A DNA stretch of 64,000 nt from Guillardia theta CCMP2712. Its lineage: Eukaryota > Protista > Cryptophyta. The stretch covers positions 451,100-515,099 of the forward strand of contig NW_005434624.1 in the NCBI RefSeq assembly GCF_000315625.1, given 5' to 3'. This document shows positions 63,573 to 64,000 of the stretch, piece by piece. A program made the position numbers and the translations under genes. How positions within the stretch are numbered: position 1 is the first letter of the stretch; each line of letters opens with the position of its first letter. A model generated the notes under the pieces. That model did not search any database, was not told the DNA's origin, and saw only the letters and a program-made list of their open reading frames with translations.

Positions 63573-64000
63573 TCGACAAGGGCAGTCGCCAGTTAGTCAA
63601 GGAACTTGCAGCTTGCGATGTGGCTGTCGTTTATAGATGAAACGATTTGCGAACTGAGATCGAGTCAAAATGCATCTGTTGTTGTAACCCTCAAGACATC
63701 TAAAAGAAGTTGGCAAACATGAAGTGATCGGCCTCTCTTGTCTGCGGCCTTGGTGGGTCTTGTCGTTCTTCTCCTCTTCCCGTCCGCGTCTTCCTCTCCT
63801 TGTGCTGTCCCGCTTTTTCCCTCGACTGCTTCCCTCCCTCTACTTCCGCGCTCTTTCTCGTTCCTCCCTTGCTCTGCTCTTCCCCGTCTCCCTTGTGCTT
63901 CTCTTTCTCACTTTTCCCTTTCCCTTCTCCTTTTCCCCACCGACTGGACAGCGGCGTCAGCGACGGAGTCCAGCTTGCGATAGCCTGCGATGCTGAGGGT

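Overview
Eukaryotic nuclear DNA with compact genes and many short (~50-70 nt) GT-AG introns, a plant-type (TTTAGGG) telomere tract and a signal-peptide+Phe plastid leader. Together these point to a secondary-plastid alga, probably a cryptophyte such as Guillardia (inference). Ordinary host genes: a coiled-coil protein, a polycystin-like channel, MYST and CBP/p300-type acetyltransferases, GCNA/SprT, a secreted filamin/EGF/LamG protein, SHMT, RPS20 and an SDR. The main accessory feature is a ~12 kb nested mobile island (20002-32218). From left to right it holds a 3' fragment of a Crypton tyrosine-recombinase transposon, an assembly gap, and the 5' half of a probable non-LTR retroelement whose 5' end carries 13 copies of a 20-mer joined directly to ~13 CCCTAAA repeats. 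Next comes an AT-rich intronless remnant resembling a Polinton-like virus (PLV) or virophage (Prim-Pol, tyrosine recombinase, small basic ORFs, an iteron-like GGCGAAGGG array), then a full-length spliced Crypton. Two nearly intronless, conflict/immunity-like genes are each bracketed by unusual GC-rich motif-mosaic DNA: a ~3019-aa GTPase/SecA-like helicase/vWA protein and a Cbl-EF-hand/CHAT protease/TM/Zn-ribbon protein. All domain calls are from visual motif recognition, not database searches.
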